Both the position numbers and the translations under genes were made by a program. Shown piece after piece: positions 1 to 7,819 of a DNA stretch of 32,000 nt. The stretch lies in the NCBI RefSeq assembly GCF_000189295.2, contig NC_016803.1, positions 1,860,001 through 1,892,000 of the forward strand, given 5' to 3'. Position 1 is the stretch's first letter, and each line of letters starts with the position of its first letter. Below the pieces are notes generated by a model that saw only the letters and a program-made list of their open reading frames with translations, was not told the origin of the DNA and did no database searches. This DNA comes from Pseudodesulfovibrio mercurii (lineage in GTDB: Bacteria; Desulfobacterota; Desulfovibrionia; Desulfovibrionales; Desulfovibrionaceae).

Positions 1-1419
1 CTGGACCATGGCCGCGGCGTACTGGTCCAGCGGGGCCTGGCCCTTGAGCTTGGTGGCGAAGAGCTGGGCGAAACCGCGCAGGGAGGACAGCGGGTTGCGC
101 ACCTCGTGGGCCACGCCCGCGGCCAGGGAGCCGATGGCGGCCAGCCGCTTGGCCTCGTTCAGGTCCTCCTCCAGGGAGCGAATCTCGGTGCGGTCGCGGA
201 TGAGCACCAACCGCTGGGCCTGCTCCGGGGCCTCGTCCTCGTCATGCTCCAGGAAGGGCAGAAAGAGGATCTCCAGCTGGCGGCCCTGGTAGTCGAACTG
301 TTCCCAGTCCACCGGCCCGGACGGCGGGGTCTCGCTGGTCTGGCGGCCGAAGTCGAAGTCCCGCCAGTTGGCCCCGACGATCTCGGGCGGCACGGGCTTG
401 TCCGCGCCCTTTTTCCCGCCCTTGTCCCGCTTGGCGGTCTCGGCCTTGTCGCCCGCTTCCGGGGCGGCCTCCGGGCCGGGCCCGTCGTCGGGCTCCGCCT
501 GCGGCACCGGGGAGAGCAGCTCCAGGGCCGAGCGGTTGGCGGCCAGGATCTCGCCGTCCTCGGCCAGGGTGACCAGGCCGTCGGGCATGTTGTCGAGGAG
601 CTTGTTCTGGAACCGTTCCAGGCGGACGAGCTTGCGGCTCGCGCCCCGGCGGCGCAGGTAGGCGAAGGCCAGGGACCAGAGAACCACGGCGGCCAAGAAG
701 ACGTAGCCGGTCTGGTAGGTGGCGGCCTGGCGGTACTGGCGGAACTGGCGCATGTGCTTTTCGGCGTTCAGGCCGACCACCAGGTAGACCCTGGACTGGG
801 CGTCGTCGTCGAACATCATGCCCGGCCCCATGTTCGAGCCCATGTTCGAGCCCATGTTCGGGCCCATGCCCCGGCCCATGCCGTTGCGGCCCTGGCCCCG
901 CTCCTGGGACCCGGCCTCGGGCTCCACCCCGAGCAGCGAGGCGATGCCCGCGCGGACCTGGAGCCCGGACAGGAGCACGCTGGTCTTGTCCACCTCGGCC
1001 ATGACGTGCCAGGCGCGGCCGGGCTCGATGTCCTCGGCCACGGCGTCGGGCAGCTGGAAGATGGGGTGGTTGTCCTTCTTGACCGAGGTCACGATGGGAT
1101 GCCCGGCCCTGTCGAACAGGGTGACGAACTCGATGTCCTCGGACTTGGCCAGCTCGGTGAACAGCTCCTCGGTCATGGTCCGGAACAGGGCCGAGGACTG
1201 GCCGCCCATGCGGAGGGTCCTGGCGATGCGGAAGATGTTGTTGTCCACGCCGCGCAGGATGGAGTTGCCGGTCATGACCATGTGGTCCTCGACAATCTTG
1301 CGCTGCTGGGCGATGGACTGCCAGGTCAGGTAGAGGCTGCCCAGTCCCAGCACGATGAGCGCCAGGACCAGGGCGACCAGGGGACCCTTCTCCCTGCCTT
1401 CCGGATGGACAACCTCCAT
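1..1419 (-). CDS. Sensor histidine kinase (ZraS/NtrB-like), first 473 codons; C-terminus lies beyond the left edge
   Basis: Absent from the ORF track because no stop lies in the window. Minus-strand ATG at 1419-1417; the frame stays open to position 1. Translation MEVVHPEGREKGPLVALVLALIVLGLGSLYL... shows TM1, a ~190-aa periplasmic stretch, TM2 (YVFLAAVVLWSLAFAYL), a PAS-like segment (LLDNMPDGLVTLAEDGEILAAN) and the HisKA H-box LAAGVAHEVRNPLSSLRGFAQLF near 60-130. The + strand ORF 106..1440 is its antisense shadow. Confidence 0.9.
   Translation of the reverse strand, partial: MEVVHPEGREKGPLVALVLALIVLGLGSLYLTWQSIAQQRKIVEDHMVMTGNSILRGVDNNIFRIARTLRMGGQSSALFRTMTEELFTELAKSEDIEFVTLFDRAGHPIVTSVKKDNHPIFQLPDAVAEDIEPGRAWHVMAEVDKTSVLLSGLQVRAGIASLLGVEPEAGSQERGQGRNGMGRGMGPNMGSNMGSNMGPGMMFDDDAQSRVYLVVGLNAEKHMRQFRQYRQAATYQTGYVFLAAVVLWSLAFAYLRRRGASRKLVRLERFQNKLLDNMPDGLVTLAEDGEILAANRSALELLSPVPQAEPDDGPGPEAAPEAGDKAETAKRDKGGKKGADKPVPPEIVGANWRDFDFGRQTSETPPSGPVDWEQFDYQGRQLEILFLPFLEHDEDEAPEQAQRLVLIRDRTEIRSLEEDLNEAKRLAAIGSLAAGVAHEVRNPLSSLRGFAQLFATKLKGQAPLDQYAAAMVQ
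827..886 (-). repeat. Five tandem 12-nt units inside the kinase periplasmic domain
   Basis: Direct reading: CCCATGTTCGAG x2, CCCATGTTCGGG, CCCATGCCCCGG, CCCATGCCGTTG, with a sixth degenerate unit at 815-826. All are in frame with the kinase. The minus strand encodes GRNGMGRGMGPNMGSNMGSNMGPGMMF. Confidence 0.9.
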
Positions 1420-1426
1420 GACCGAG

Positions 1427-2245
1427 CTACTGACCCCTGACTATGGCGTAGATGTCCTTGGGCGACATGTCGTGCTCGGAGGCCAGGGTCTTGAAGGAAC
1501 TCTCCGGGGTGGCGTCGATGCCCGCGCCCTTGAGCCGGGCCAGGACCTCTTCCAATTCCAGGCCGTAGGTCTTGCACACGACGGCCACCGTGAGCTTGCC
1601 GGTGCCCTCGGGCGGCTGGACGGGCATCAGGGCGAAGGGATCGCCGCCCTGCTTGGCGCGGATGATGTCGTAGACGTGCTGCGGGCTCATGTTGCGCGAC
1701 CGGGCGATGTCCTTGACCAGGGTCTCCCCGTTGATGGACGGGTCAAAGCCCGCCTCGTGCAGGGCGGCCAGGGCCTTGTCCACGTCCAGGCCGAGGAAGC
1801 CGCAGAACTTCTTCAGCGGGCTGGTCTCGGCGTGACCGTAGGGCGGGTTGCCGTAGGTCTCGGTGGCGTCCTCCTTGATCTGCGCGCCATAGTCGAGCAG
1901 CGTGCTCATGGGCGGCAGGCCGACGAGGGTGCCGGCGAAGACCAGGAAGACCAGGACGAAGCTGACGATCATGGGGGTGGTCATGACCACCAGCTCGCGG
2001 GCCCGGTTCTTCATGTAGTTCATGATCGGCTTCCAGTTGAGCCAGATATGCAGAATCAGGGCGATGAGAAAGAGGGTGCCCACGGTGGTGTGCACGTCGC
2101 CCCACTGGGTCTTGGTCATGCCCAGCAGGTGCCAGTCGGCCCAGTAGGCCACGCGGCCCTCGGGGACGATGTAGAGGATCACGCTGGTAATGAGCGTGAC
2201 GAGGAACGAAAGAAGCGCGGTGAGGGACGTGATTTTCCGGAACAT
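1427..2245 (-). CDS. DUF4405-type membrane protein with a C-terminal duplicated soluble domain
   Basis: 272-aa ORF. The N-terminal half has about 4 hydrophobic helices with conserved His (WHLLGMTKTQWGDVHTTVGTLFLIALILHIWLNW). The C-terminal half is two copies of a ~50-aa repeat (LGLDVDKALAALHEAGFD...MSPQHVYDII and YGLELEEVLARLKGAGID...MSPKDIYAIV). Its TAG stop lies 7 nt upstream of the kinase ATG, so the two genes look co-transcribed. Confidence 0.8.
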   Translation of the reverse strand: MFRKITSLTALLSFLVTLITSVILYIVPEGRVAYWADWHLLGMTKTQWGDVHTTVGTLFLIALILHIWLNWKPIMNYMKNRARELVVMTTPMIVSFVLVFLVFAGTLVGLPPMSTLLDYGAQIKEDATETYGNPPYGHAETSPLKKFCGFLGLDVDKALAALHEAGFDPSINGETLVKDIARSRNMSPQHVYDIIRAKQGGDPFALMPVQPPEGTGKLTVAVVCKTYGLELEEVLARLKGAGIDATPESSFKTLASEHDMSPKDIYAIVRGQ

Positions 2246-2318
2246 CCAAGGACCTCCTCGAAAAGTGAAGCGTTGCCGCTAATCCCCTGCATGCCCGCCA
2301 TTGCCTGCAGATGATCAT

Positions 2319-2355
2319 TTGCGGGACAGACGACCCCACGCCGTCTGTCCCGCAA
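2319..2355 (-). other. Perfect 14-bp hairpin between the ZraP-like gene and the DUF4405 gene (possible attenuator or processing site)
   Basis: TTGCGGGACAGACG (2319-2332) pairs with CGTCTGTCCCGCAA (2342-2355) around a 9-nt loop. No U-tract follows on the minus-strand side, so it is not a classical terminator. Confidence 0.4.
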
Positions 2356-2401
2356 TATCCTGTTTTCCGGGTTATCGGAAATATCGCTTGAGTTCAACGA
2401 C

Positions 2402-2908
2402 CTAGTACATTCCGCGACCCATGCCGCGGCCGTACATGCCGCGACCCTGGCCGGGACCGTCGTCGGCGTCGAAGCCGCGACCGTAGCCGGGACCGGGGCA
2501 GGTGCCGAAGGCGGCGATGCCGGTGGTCTTGACCAGCTCATCGGACATGGCCACGCGCAGGTCGCGCATCTTGTTGCGCTGCTCGGAGATGTCGTTGACC
2601 AGCTTGGTGATGGCCTTCTCGTCGGCGTTGCCGCCGTTGACCATGGCCTGGAGCACGGACCGCTTGGCCCACATCTGGTTGCGCACGGCCTCGAACTGCG
2701 GCTCGTACTTGTCGAAGACGGCCTTGACCTCGGCCTGCTTTTCGGGGGTCAGCTGGCTGTAGGCCGCGCCCGGACCGGAGCCGGGGCCGAAGCCCTGACA
2801 CACGCCGTTGTAGCCGCGGCCCTGACCGGGACCGGCCACGGCGAACGCGGCCATGCTCAGGACGAGTACCGCCGCCAGGGCGGAGATGGAAACTTGCTTC
2901 TTGGACAT
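2402..2908 (-). CDS. Periplasmic CpxP/Spy/ZraP-family protein (LTxxQ-type heavy-metal or envelope-stress accessory)
   Basis: I chose the internal ATG at 2908: AGGAGG (reverse complement of 2915-2920) sits 6 nt upstream. Signal peptide MSKKQVSISALAAVLVLSMAAFAVA, an LTPEKQ motif, a helical core, and Gly/Met-rich tails (GPGQGRGYNG... and ...GPGQGRGMYGRGMGRGMY). The longer track ORF to 3154 has no RBS and would run through the promoter. Confidence 0.85.
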   Translation of the reverse strand: MSKKQVSISALAAVLVLSMAAFAVAGPGQGRGYNGVCQGFGPGSGPGAAYSQLTPEKQAEVKAVFDKYEPQFEAVRNQMWAKRSVLQAMVNGGNADEKAITKLVNDISEQRNKMRDLRVAMSDELVKTTGIAAFGTCPGPGYGRGFDADDGPGQGRGMYGRGMGRGMY

Positions 2909-2978
2909 TGGTTGCCTCCTGGGGGTTAATCTTTCATGCAACGAAGAAGAGAGTGTGTGATCTTCTTGCCCACCATTA

Positions 2979-2994
2979 AGCACGCGCCGTGCCA
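2979..2994 (-). promoter_or_regulatory. Sigma54 (-24/-12) promoter for the ZraP-like operon
   Basis: The minus strand reads TGGCACGGCGCGTGCT. GG and GC are at the exact consensus spacing of TGGCAC-N5-TTGC, with one mismatch in the -12 box. It lies about 70 nt upstream of the ATG at 2908. Confidence 0.7.
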
Positions 2995-3058
2995 AACTCG
3001 CAACAGATTGAAATAGCATGATATTTTTTGTTACAATTCCCACCCATTCAAACATTTT

Positions 3059-3108
3059 TGTGCAATTTTCTGCATGTATTTTGCACACATTTAGTGCAAA
3101 GTGCAAGG
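3059..3108 (-). promoter_or_regulatory. Candidate enhancer (UAS) sites for a sigma54 activator
   Basis: Inverted repeat TGTGCAA (3059-3065) - N15 - TTGCACA (3081-3087), plus two direct GTGCAA copies at 3094-3099 and 3101-3106. These lie about 70-115 nt upstream of the sigma54 promoter in an AT-rich stretch. Confidence 0.4.
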
Positions 3109-3186
3109 GGTCGTCCCTTGACAAAACCGCTGTCCGGCACAACCTACAGCACATCGACCAACCATATGGGACCTGGAGGCACGATC

Positions 3187-3390
3187 ATGCCCATCTATGA
3201 ATATGTCTGCAAACAGTGCGGCCGCGAATTCGAGGAACTCGTGTTCAATGCCGAAGAACCCGTGGTCTGCCCCAAGTGCGGGTCCACGGAGACGGAAAAA
3301 CTCATGAGCGCCTGCGCCACCAAGGTGGACGGCGGCGGGCCCAACCTCGACGCCCTGCACGGATCGAGCTGCGGCTCGGGCGGCGGCTGA
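3187..3390 (+). CDS. FmdB-family zinc-ribbon protein (CxxC...CxxC)
   Basis: MPIYEYVCKQCGREFEELVFNAEEPVVCPKCGSTETEKLMSA... The N-terminal MPIYEY and paired CxxC motifs are the family hallmark, and the tail is Gly/Ser/Cys-rich. GGAGG lies about 7 nt upstream of the ATG at 3187. The longer track ORF from 3028 lacks support. Confidence 0.85.
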   Translation: MPIYEYVCKQCGREFEELVFNAEEPVVCPKCGSTETEKLMSACATKVDGGGPNLDALHGSSCGSGGG

Positions 3391-3440
3391 GGCATCTGAC
3401 CCACGCGCCCCGGTCGGGGCGCACCATTTTCACGACCCCC

Positions 3441-3467
3441 CGGCCGCGTTCGCGCGGCCGTTTTTTT
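3441..3467 (+). terminator. Rho-independent terminator after the FmdB gene
   Basis: CGGCCGCG-TTCG-CGCGGCCG followed by T7. A second weaker hairpin GCGCCCC-GGTC-GGGGCGC lies at 3405-3422. Confidence 0.75.
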
Positions 3468-3594
3468 GCGCGACGAAAAAGGATCCAGGTCCGGAAGCCC
3501 GCCGCGAGGCGGTATGGGGGGCGGACGTTTCCTTTCGGGGCGAGAAGTGATAGGTGGTCCGAACGAACTCCACTTCGAACGCACGAGGCACCCC

Positions 3595-4053
3595 ATGTCC
3601 AACAGACTGCCCTGGCCGGAATATTTCATGCGCATCGCCCACCTGGTGGCCCAGCGCTCCACCTGCACCCGCCGCGCGGTGGGGGCCATCGCCGTGCGCG
3701 ACAAACGCATCCTGGCCACCGGCTACAACGGCGTGCCCACCAACATCGCCCACTGCGACGTGGTCGGCTGCCTGCGCGACCAGCTCGGCATCCCCTCGGG
3801 CGAACGGCACGAGCTGTGCCGGGGGCTGCACGCCGAACAGAACGTCATCATCCAGGCGGCCACCAACAACCTGGACCTCAAGGGGTGCGACATCTACTGC
3901 ACCACCAAGCCCTGCATCCTGTGCACCAAGATGCTCATCAACTGCGGCGTGCAGAACATCTATTATTCCGAAAACTACCCCGACGAGCTGTCCGAGGCCA
4001 TGCTTCAGGAAGCCGGAGTGAACCATGTCTTCATGGAAGGCGACTTCAGCTAG
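3595..4053 (+). CDS. dCMP deaminase (ComEB-type cytidine/deoxycytidylate deaminase)
   Basis: [34 protein letters not shown]..., with zinc motifs HAEQNVI and PCILCTKML. The ATG at 3595 follows GAGG. Confidence 0.9.
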   Translation: MSNRLPWPEYFMRIAHLVAQRSTCTRRAVGAIAVRDKRILATGYNGVPTNIAHCDVVGCLRDQLGIPSGERHELCRGLHAEQNVIIQAATNNLDLKGCDIYCTTKPCILCTKMLINCGVQNIYYSENYPDELSEAMLQEAGVNHVFMEGDFS

Positions 4054-5158
4054 CGAGGGCTTCATGGCCCGGGCCGTGGAACTGGCCGGACGCGGCCGGG
4101 GGGCCACGGCCCCGAACCCGTGCGTCGGGGCCGTGCTGGTCCGCGACGGCGTCATCGTGGCCGAGGGATGGCACACCCGATTCGGCAGGCTCCACGCCGA
4201 GCGCGAGTGCCTGGCCGACGCCCGGCGCAAGGGCGTGGACCCGCGCGGGGCGGCCATGTACGTCACGCTCGAACCGTGCAACCACCACGGCAAGACCCCG
4301 CCATGCACCGAGGCCCTCATCGAGGCGGGCGTGGCCGAGGTCTTCGTCGGCACCCGCGACCCCAACCCGGTGGCCGCGGGCGGCGTGGAGAAACTCCGCG
4401 CCCACGGCATCGAGGTCACCGTGGGCGTGCTCGAACAGCCCTGCCGGGACCTCATCGCCGACTTCCTGCTCTGGCAGAACACCCACTCCTGCTACAACAT
4501 CGTCAAGATGGCGGCCACCCTGGACGGCAAGATCGCGGCCGCCGCGCGCAGGCCCGAGCCGGTGTCCTGCCCCGAGTCCCTCGCCCGGGTCCACGACCTG
4601 CGCGCCCTGGCCGGAGCGGTCATCGTCGGCGGCAACACCTTCTACGCCGACAACCCGAGCCTGACCTGCCGGAAAAAGGACCTGCCCCCGGACTTCGTCC
4701 AGCCCTTCGGCGTGATCGTGACCTCGCGCCTGCCCGACGACCCGAGCCGCTTCACCCTGCTGCGCGAGCGGCCGGAGCGGGCCATCTTCATGACCTCCAA
4801 GACCGCGGCCCACAGCCCCCAGGCCGACGTCCTGCGACGGCGCGGCACCTCGGTCTGGCCCATGCCCGGCCGGGCCGGTTCCCTGGTCCTGGCCTGCGGC
4901 TTCGAGCGGCTGCGCTACGACTGCGGCTGCCACTACACCCTGTGCGAGGGCGGCGGCCGGTTCGCCCTGGCCCTCATCGAGCAGGGACTGGCCGACGAGC
5001 TCGTTCATTTCGTGGCCCCGCGCATCCTGGGCGACGATGCCGCCCCGTCGGCCTACTCCGGCCGGGACAACGTGCCCATGGCCGAGGCCCTGGACTTCCG
5101 CATCGCCGATTTCGAGCCCGTGGGCACGGATATCATGCTCACCCTGCGCCGCCGCTAG
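4025..5158 (+). CDS. ribD: Bifunctional riboflavin biosynthesis protein RibD (pyrimidine deaminase / uracil reductase)
   Basis: [34 protein letters not shown] and [12 protein letters not shown] deaminase motifs, plus a C-terminal reductase half. GGAG lies upstream of the ATG at 4025. The gene overlaps the deaminase gene by 29 nt. Confidence 0.93.
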   Translation: MSSWKATSASEGFMARAVELAGRGRGATAPNPCVGAVLVRDGVIVAEGWHTRFGRLHAERECLADARRKGVDPRGAAMYVTLEPCNHHGKTPPCTEALIEAGVAEVFVGTRDPNPVAAGGVEKLRAHGIEVTVGVLEQPCRDLIADFLLWQNTHSCYNIVKMAATLDGKIAAAARRPEPVSCPESLARVHDLRALAGAVIVGGNTFYADNPSLTCRKKDLPPDFVQPFGVIVTSRLPDDPSRFTLLRERPERAIFMTSKTAAHSPQADVLRRRGTSVWPMPGRAGSLVLACGFERLRYDCGCHYTLCEGGGRFALALIEQGLADELVHFVAPRILGDDAAPSAYSGRDNVPMAEALDFRIADFEPVGTDIMLTLRRR

Positions 5159-5241
5159 CCCCCCCGCCGTCGGCGGTCACCCGCTGTCCCGAACGGGTTA
5201 ACCGATTTACAGCCACGGCTTCTCCTGCTACAGGTCGGATC

Positions 5242-6054
5242 ATGCCCGCCCGTCAACCTTTTTCCGCCCATCCCTCCGCCAACGCGCCCGGCGCATCGCG
5301 TCCCGGCCCCCTCGCGGCCCTGCTCCTCTGCGCCCTGCTCCTGCTCCCGGCAACGGGCCGGGCCGGTTCCCCGGCCGTGGCGCTGATGGGCTACACCTGG
5401 CTGACCGAGGAATACTACCCGTTCAACTACACCGAGAACGGCCGCATCAAGGGGGTCTCGGCGGACCTCCTGCGCATGGTCTGGGACGAGCTCGGCATTC
5501 CCCCGCAGACCATCGAGTCCATGCCCTGGGCCAGGGCCTTCGAGCGCATGGAGCATGAGCCCGGCATCGTGCTCTTCTGCATGGCCCGGACCCCGGAGCG
5601 CGAGCACGCCTTCCGCTGGGCCGGTCCCATCGCCCAGGTCCGCTTCGCGCTCATCGCCCGCAAGGACCGCCACGTCCGCATGGACAGCCTGGACGACATC
5701 AAGGGGCTTTCCGTGGGCACCCTGCGCGAGGACATCTCGGACACCCTGCTCGCCGACTACCGGGGGACGGCCAGCATCCAGCCCGTGGCCCACATGCACC
5801 AGAACATCAGCAAGCTGATGACCAACCGCCTGGACCTGGTGGCCTACGAGGAGACCTCCTGGCGCAAGATCGCCGCCCGCCACGATCTGGACCCCGATGC
5901 GTTCGAGACCGTCTACGTCCTGCGGGAGACGCCGGTCTACTACGCCTTCCGCGCGGACACGCCCGCCGAAGTGGTGGCCGCCTTCCAGGCCGCCCTGGAC
6001 CGGGTCAAGGCCCGGCCCGCCTACCAACGGCTGCTCGACGCCTACCTGCGCTAG
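5242..6054 (+). CDS. Periplasmic solute-binding protein (family 3 / PBPb-like), orphan
   Basis: In-frame ATG at 5242 within track ORF 4120..6054. Signal peptide ...LAALLLCALLLLPATGRAGS, then a typical SBP_bac_3 pattern (YPFNYTENGRIKGVSADLLRMVWDELG). No permease or ATPase gene lies nearby. Confidence 0.8.
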   Translation: MPARQPFSAHPSANAPGASRPGPLAALLLCALLLLPATGRAGSPAVALMGYTWLTEEYYPFNYTENGRIKGVSADLLRMVWDELGIPPQTIESMPWARAFERMEHEPGIVLFCMARTPEREHAFRWAGPIAQVRFALIARKDRHVRMDSLDDIKGLSVGTLREDISDTLLADYRGTASIQPVAHMHQNISKLMTNRLDLVAYEETSWRKIAARHDLDPDAFETVYVLRETPVYYAFRADTPAEVVAAFQAALDRVKARPAYQRLLDAYLR

Positions 6055-6123
6055 CGCCCGGATTTACACCCGCCCCCCGGCCTGCTACAACGGGGCCGAA
6101 CAACAAAACGAGGTAGTTATTCC

Positions 6124-6789
6124 ATGTTCACCGGACTGATACTGGGCATGGGCCGCATCGAGGCCGCCGAGGCCAGGGGCTCGGAGACGCGCTTCCGCAT
6201 CCGGGCCCTGTTCGACCTGCACGACATCGAACTGGGCGAATCCATCGCCGTGAACGGCGTGTGCCTGACCGTGGAGACCTTCGGCGACCACTGGTTCACC
6301 TGCTACGCCAGCCGCGAGACCCTGTCCGTGACCAGCCTGGGCGGGCTGCGCCCCGGCGGCACGGTCAACCTGGAGCGGGCCCTGGCCCTGGGCGAGCGCT
6401 TCGGCGGCCACATGGTGGCCGGGCACGTGGACTGTCTGGCCGAAGTGGCCGAGGTGCGCCCGGCGGGCGAATCGAAGATCTACCGCCTGACCTTCGACGC
6501 GGCCCACGGCCGCTACGTCATCCCCAAGGGGTCCGTGGCCCTGGACGGCATCAGCCTGACGGTCAACGCCTGCGCCCCCACCTGGCTGGAGGTCAACATC
6601 ATCCCCGAGACGCAGCGGGTGACGACCATTTCGGGCTGGTCGCCCGGCACCAAGGTCAATATGGAGACCGATGTCATCGGCAAGTATGTGGAGCGGATGG
6701 TCCAACCGTGGACCGGCGGGGGTGACGCCGCCGGAGGCGGCACGTCCGGCGGCATCACCATGGAGTTTTTGCGGAAGAACGGCTTCTAG
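6124..6789 (+). CDS. ribE: Riboflavin synthase (alpha chain)
   Basis: MFTGLILGMGRIEAAE..., with two lumazine-binding repeats (GESIAVNGVCLTV and GSVALDGISLTV). Confidence 0.95.
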   Translation: MFTGLILGMGRIEAAEARGSETRFRIRALFDLHDIELGESIAVNGVCLTVETFGDHWFTCYASRETLSVTSLGGLRPGGTVNLERALALGERFGGHMVAGHVDCLAEVAEVRPAGESKIYRLTFDAAHGRYVIPKGSVALDGISLTVNACAPTWLEVNIIPETQRVTTISGWSPGTKVNMETDVIGKYVERMVQPWTGGGDAAGGGTSGGITMEFLRKNGF

Positions 6790-6828
6790 CCGGAGTTTTT
6801 TTGATAGCCCCCTGCGGTGGGGCAGGAG

Positions 6829-6855
6829 AAGGCACGCCTTGGCGTGCCTTTTTTG
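6829..6855 (+). terminator. Rho-independent terminator of ribE
   Basis: AAGGCACGCC/GGCGTGCCTT palindrome followed by TTTTG. Confidence 0.75.
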
Positions 6856-7819
6856 TTGGGGAAGAAAGAGGGCGGTTTTCGTGGAGACGTGGTCCTGACG
6901 GGAGAGGCTTCGAGAGCCTTTTGCCCTGCGAGGAGAGCCGCTGTGCTGGCTGCGCCCGCACGATGCTCCATGCCCTCCCGGCGGGGTCCATTTTTTTGCT
7001 GGCCCAAAAAAATAGACGAAAAAAAGGGCCTTGCGGGGTACGCGGCCGCCCGGGGAGGGGGCGCAAGAATCCGATCCGCTCGGGGCGGCTCCACCTGAGC
7101 AAAAGTATCGTGCGGCTCCCGGAGCCGGATGGCCCCATTTGAGGAAAACCGAGCTTCGGCAAGACAAGAGCCGCCACCCCTTCGCGGTCGGCTTCTACGC
7201 GCCCCCTCCAGGGCTGAGACGGTGCGGAGAAGAGGTGCTGCTGGACGCGAAGGAGCGGGCTGAAATGCGAGACAGAGAGCCGCTATCGGGTGCCTGAAGC
7301 ACCCTACTCGCACCAACAGCGCGATTTGCAGGCTCTCAATTGTGGATACGGGCCAAAGACGTAAATTCATATTGGAAGAGCCCCAAAAATGGGAGGGGAA
7401 TGCAGTCCCTTCTCCAGCCCATCATCTGGATTTCCTCCGCACATAGCCGCAGATGCGCGGCCCACCCCAACCGCGCTAGCCCCTCTTCGTACCCGGCAAT
7501 CCGCCCTGGCCCACCCCTCACACCCGGAGAGCGGTAGTCGGCGGCGGACCCTAGAGCCCGTGTTCGGCGGCGGGAGCGCAGGTTTGAGCGCGTCTGCGCA
7601 GCAGACATTCGCTCACAACCAGCGGGAGCCGCCTACGGGCTCTTGGGTCCGCCGGCGCGCGGCAGCACCGAAGCGCAGTTTTTGCTTCCTTTTTTCTGCG
7701 CCGGCAAGAAAGGAAGTCGCCGTAAAGGCGAAATACAATGTAAGGAGGACAACCCAAAGCCCGGTCGCGGATGCGCGGCCCGACCAACAAGCTACTCCCT
7801 CTTAAGCTCGCTGCCGGGC
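6856..7819. repeat. ~1 kb noncoding, repeat- and hairpin-rich gap (decayed copies of the composite repeat family plus internal repeats)
   Basis: No ORF here has an RBS or plausible composition. Two H2-like modules occur (GAGCCGCTGTGCTGGCTGCGCCC at 6935-6957 and GAGCCGCTATCGGGTGCCTGAAGCACCC at 7277-7304). A direct repeat GCRGATGCGCGGCCC...CCCTCTT occurs at 7449-7487 and 7767-7803. A 19-bp stem joins 7544-7562 with 7635-7653. Confidence 0.7.

Noticed and set aside
106-1440. 444-aa + strand ORF, with nested ORFs at 368..661 and 818..1333
   Set aside because: It is the antisense shadow of the minus-strand histidine kinase. The translation is low-complexity and Gly/Ala/Arg/Leu-rich, which is typical of high-GC antisense frames, and it has no RBS.
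2366-2380. TCCGATAA (sigma28 -10-like) on the minus strand between the ZraP-like and DUF4405 genes
   Set aside because: There is no acceptable TAAAG-type -35 box at N11-N12. It is a -10 match only.
3468-3594. CAGGTCCGGAAG (SRP-RNA-like) and CTTTCGGGGCGAGAAGTGA (RFN-like) strings upstream of the dCMP deaminase and ribD genes
   Set aside because: These are short isolated matches. The flanking conserved elements of 4.5S RNA (GGAAGCAGC) and of the FMN riboswitch are absent or in the wrong order.
7127-7165. GAGGAAAACCGAGC resembling the RNase P RNA GAGGAAAGTCCGGGC motif; also single DnaA-box-like 9-mers at 7341-7349 and 26716-26724
   Set aside because: These are isolated near-matches without the surrounding conserved RNase P helices, or without any clustering of DnaA boxes.
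6786-7805. ORFs in the ribE-leuS gap (6786..7370 minus, 7389..7805 plus, and others)
   Set aside because: They have no RBS. The translations are Arg/Pro/Ala/Gly-rich with no recognisable domains, and they overlap repeat modules that are conserved at the nucleotide level but not in frame.
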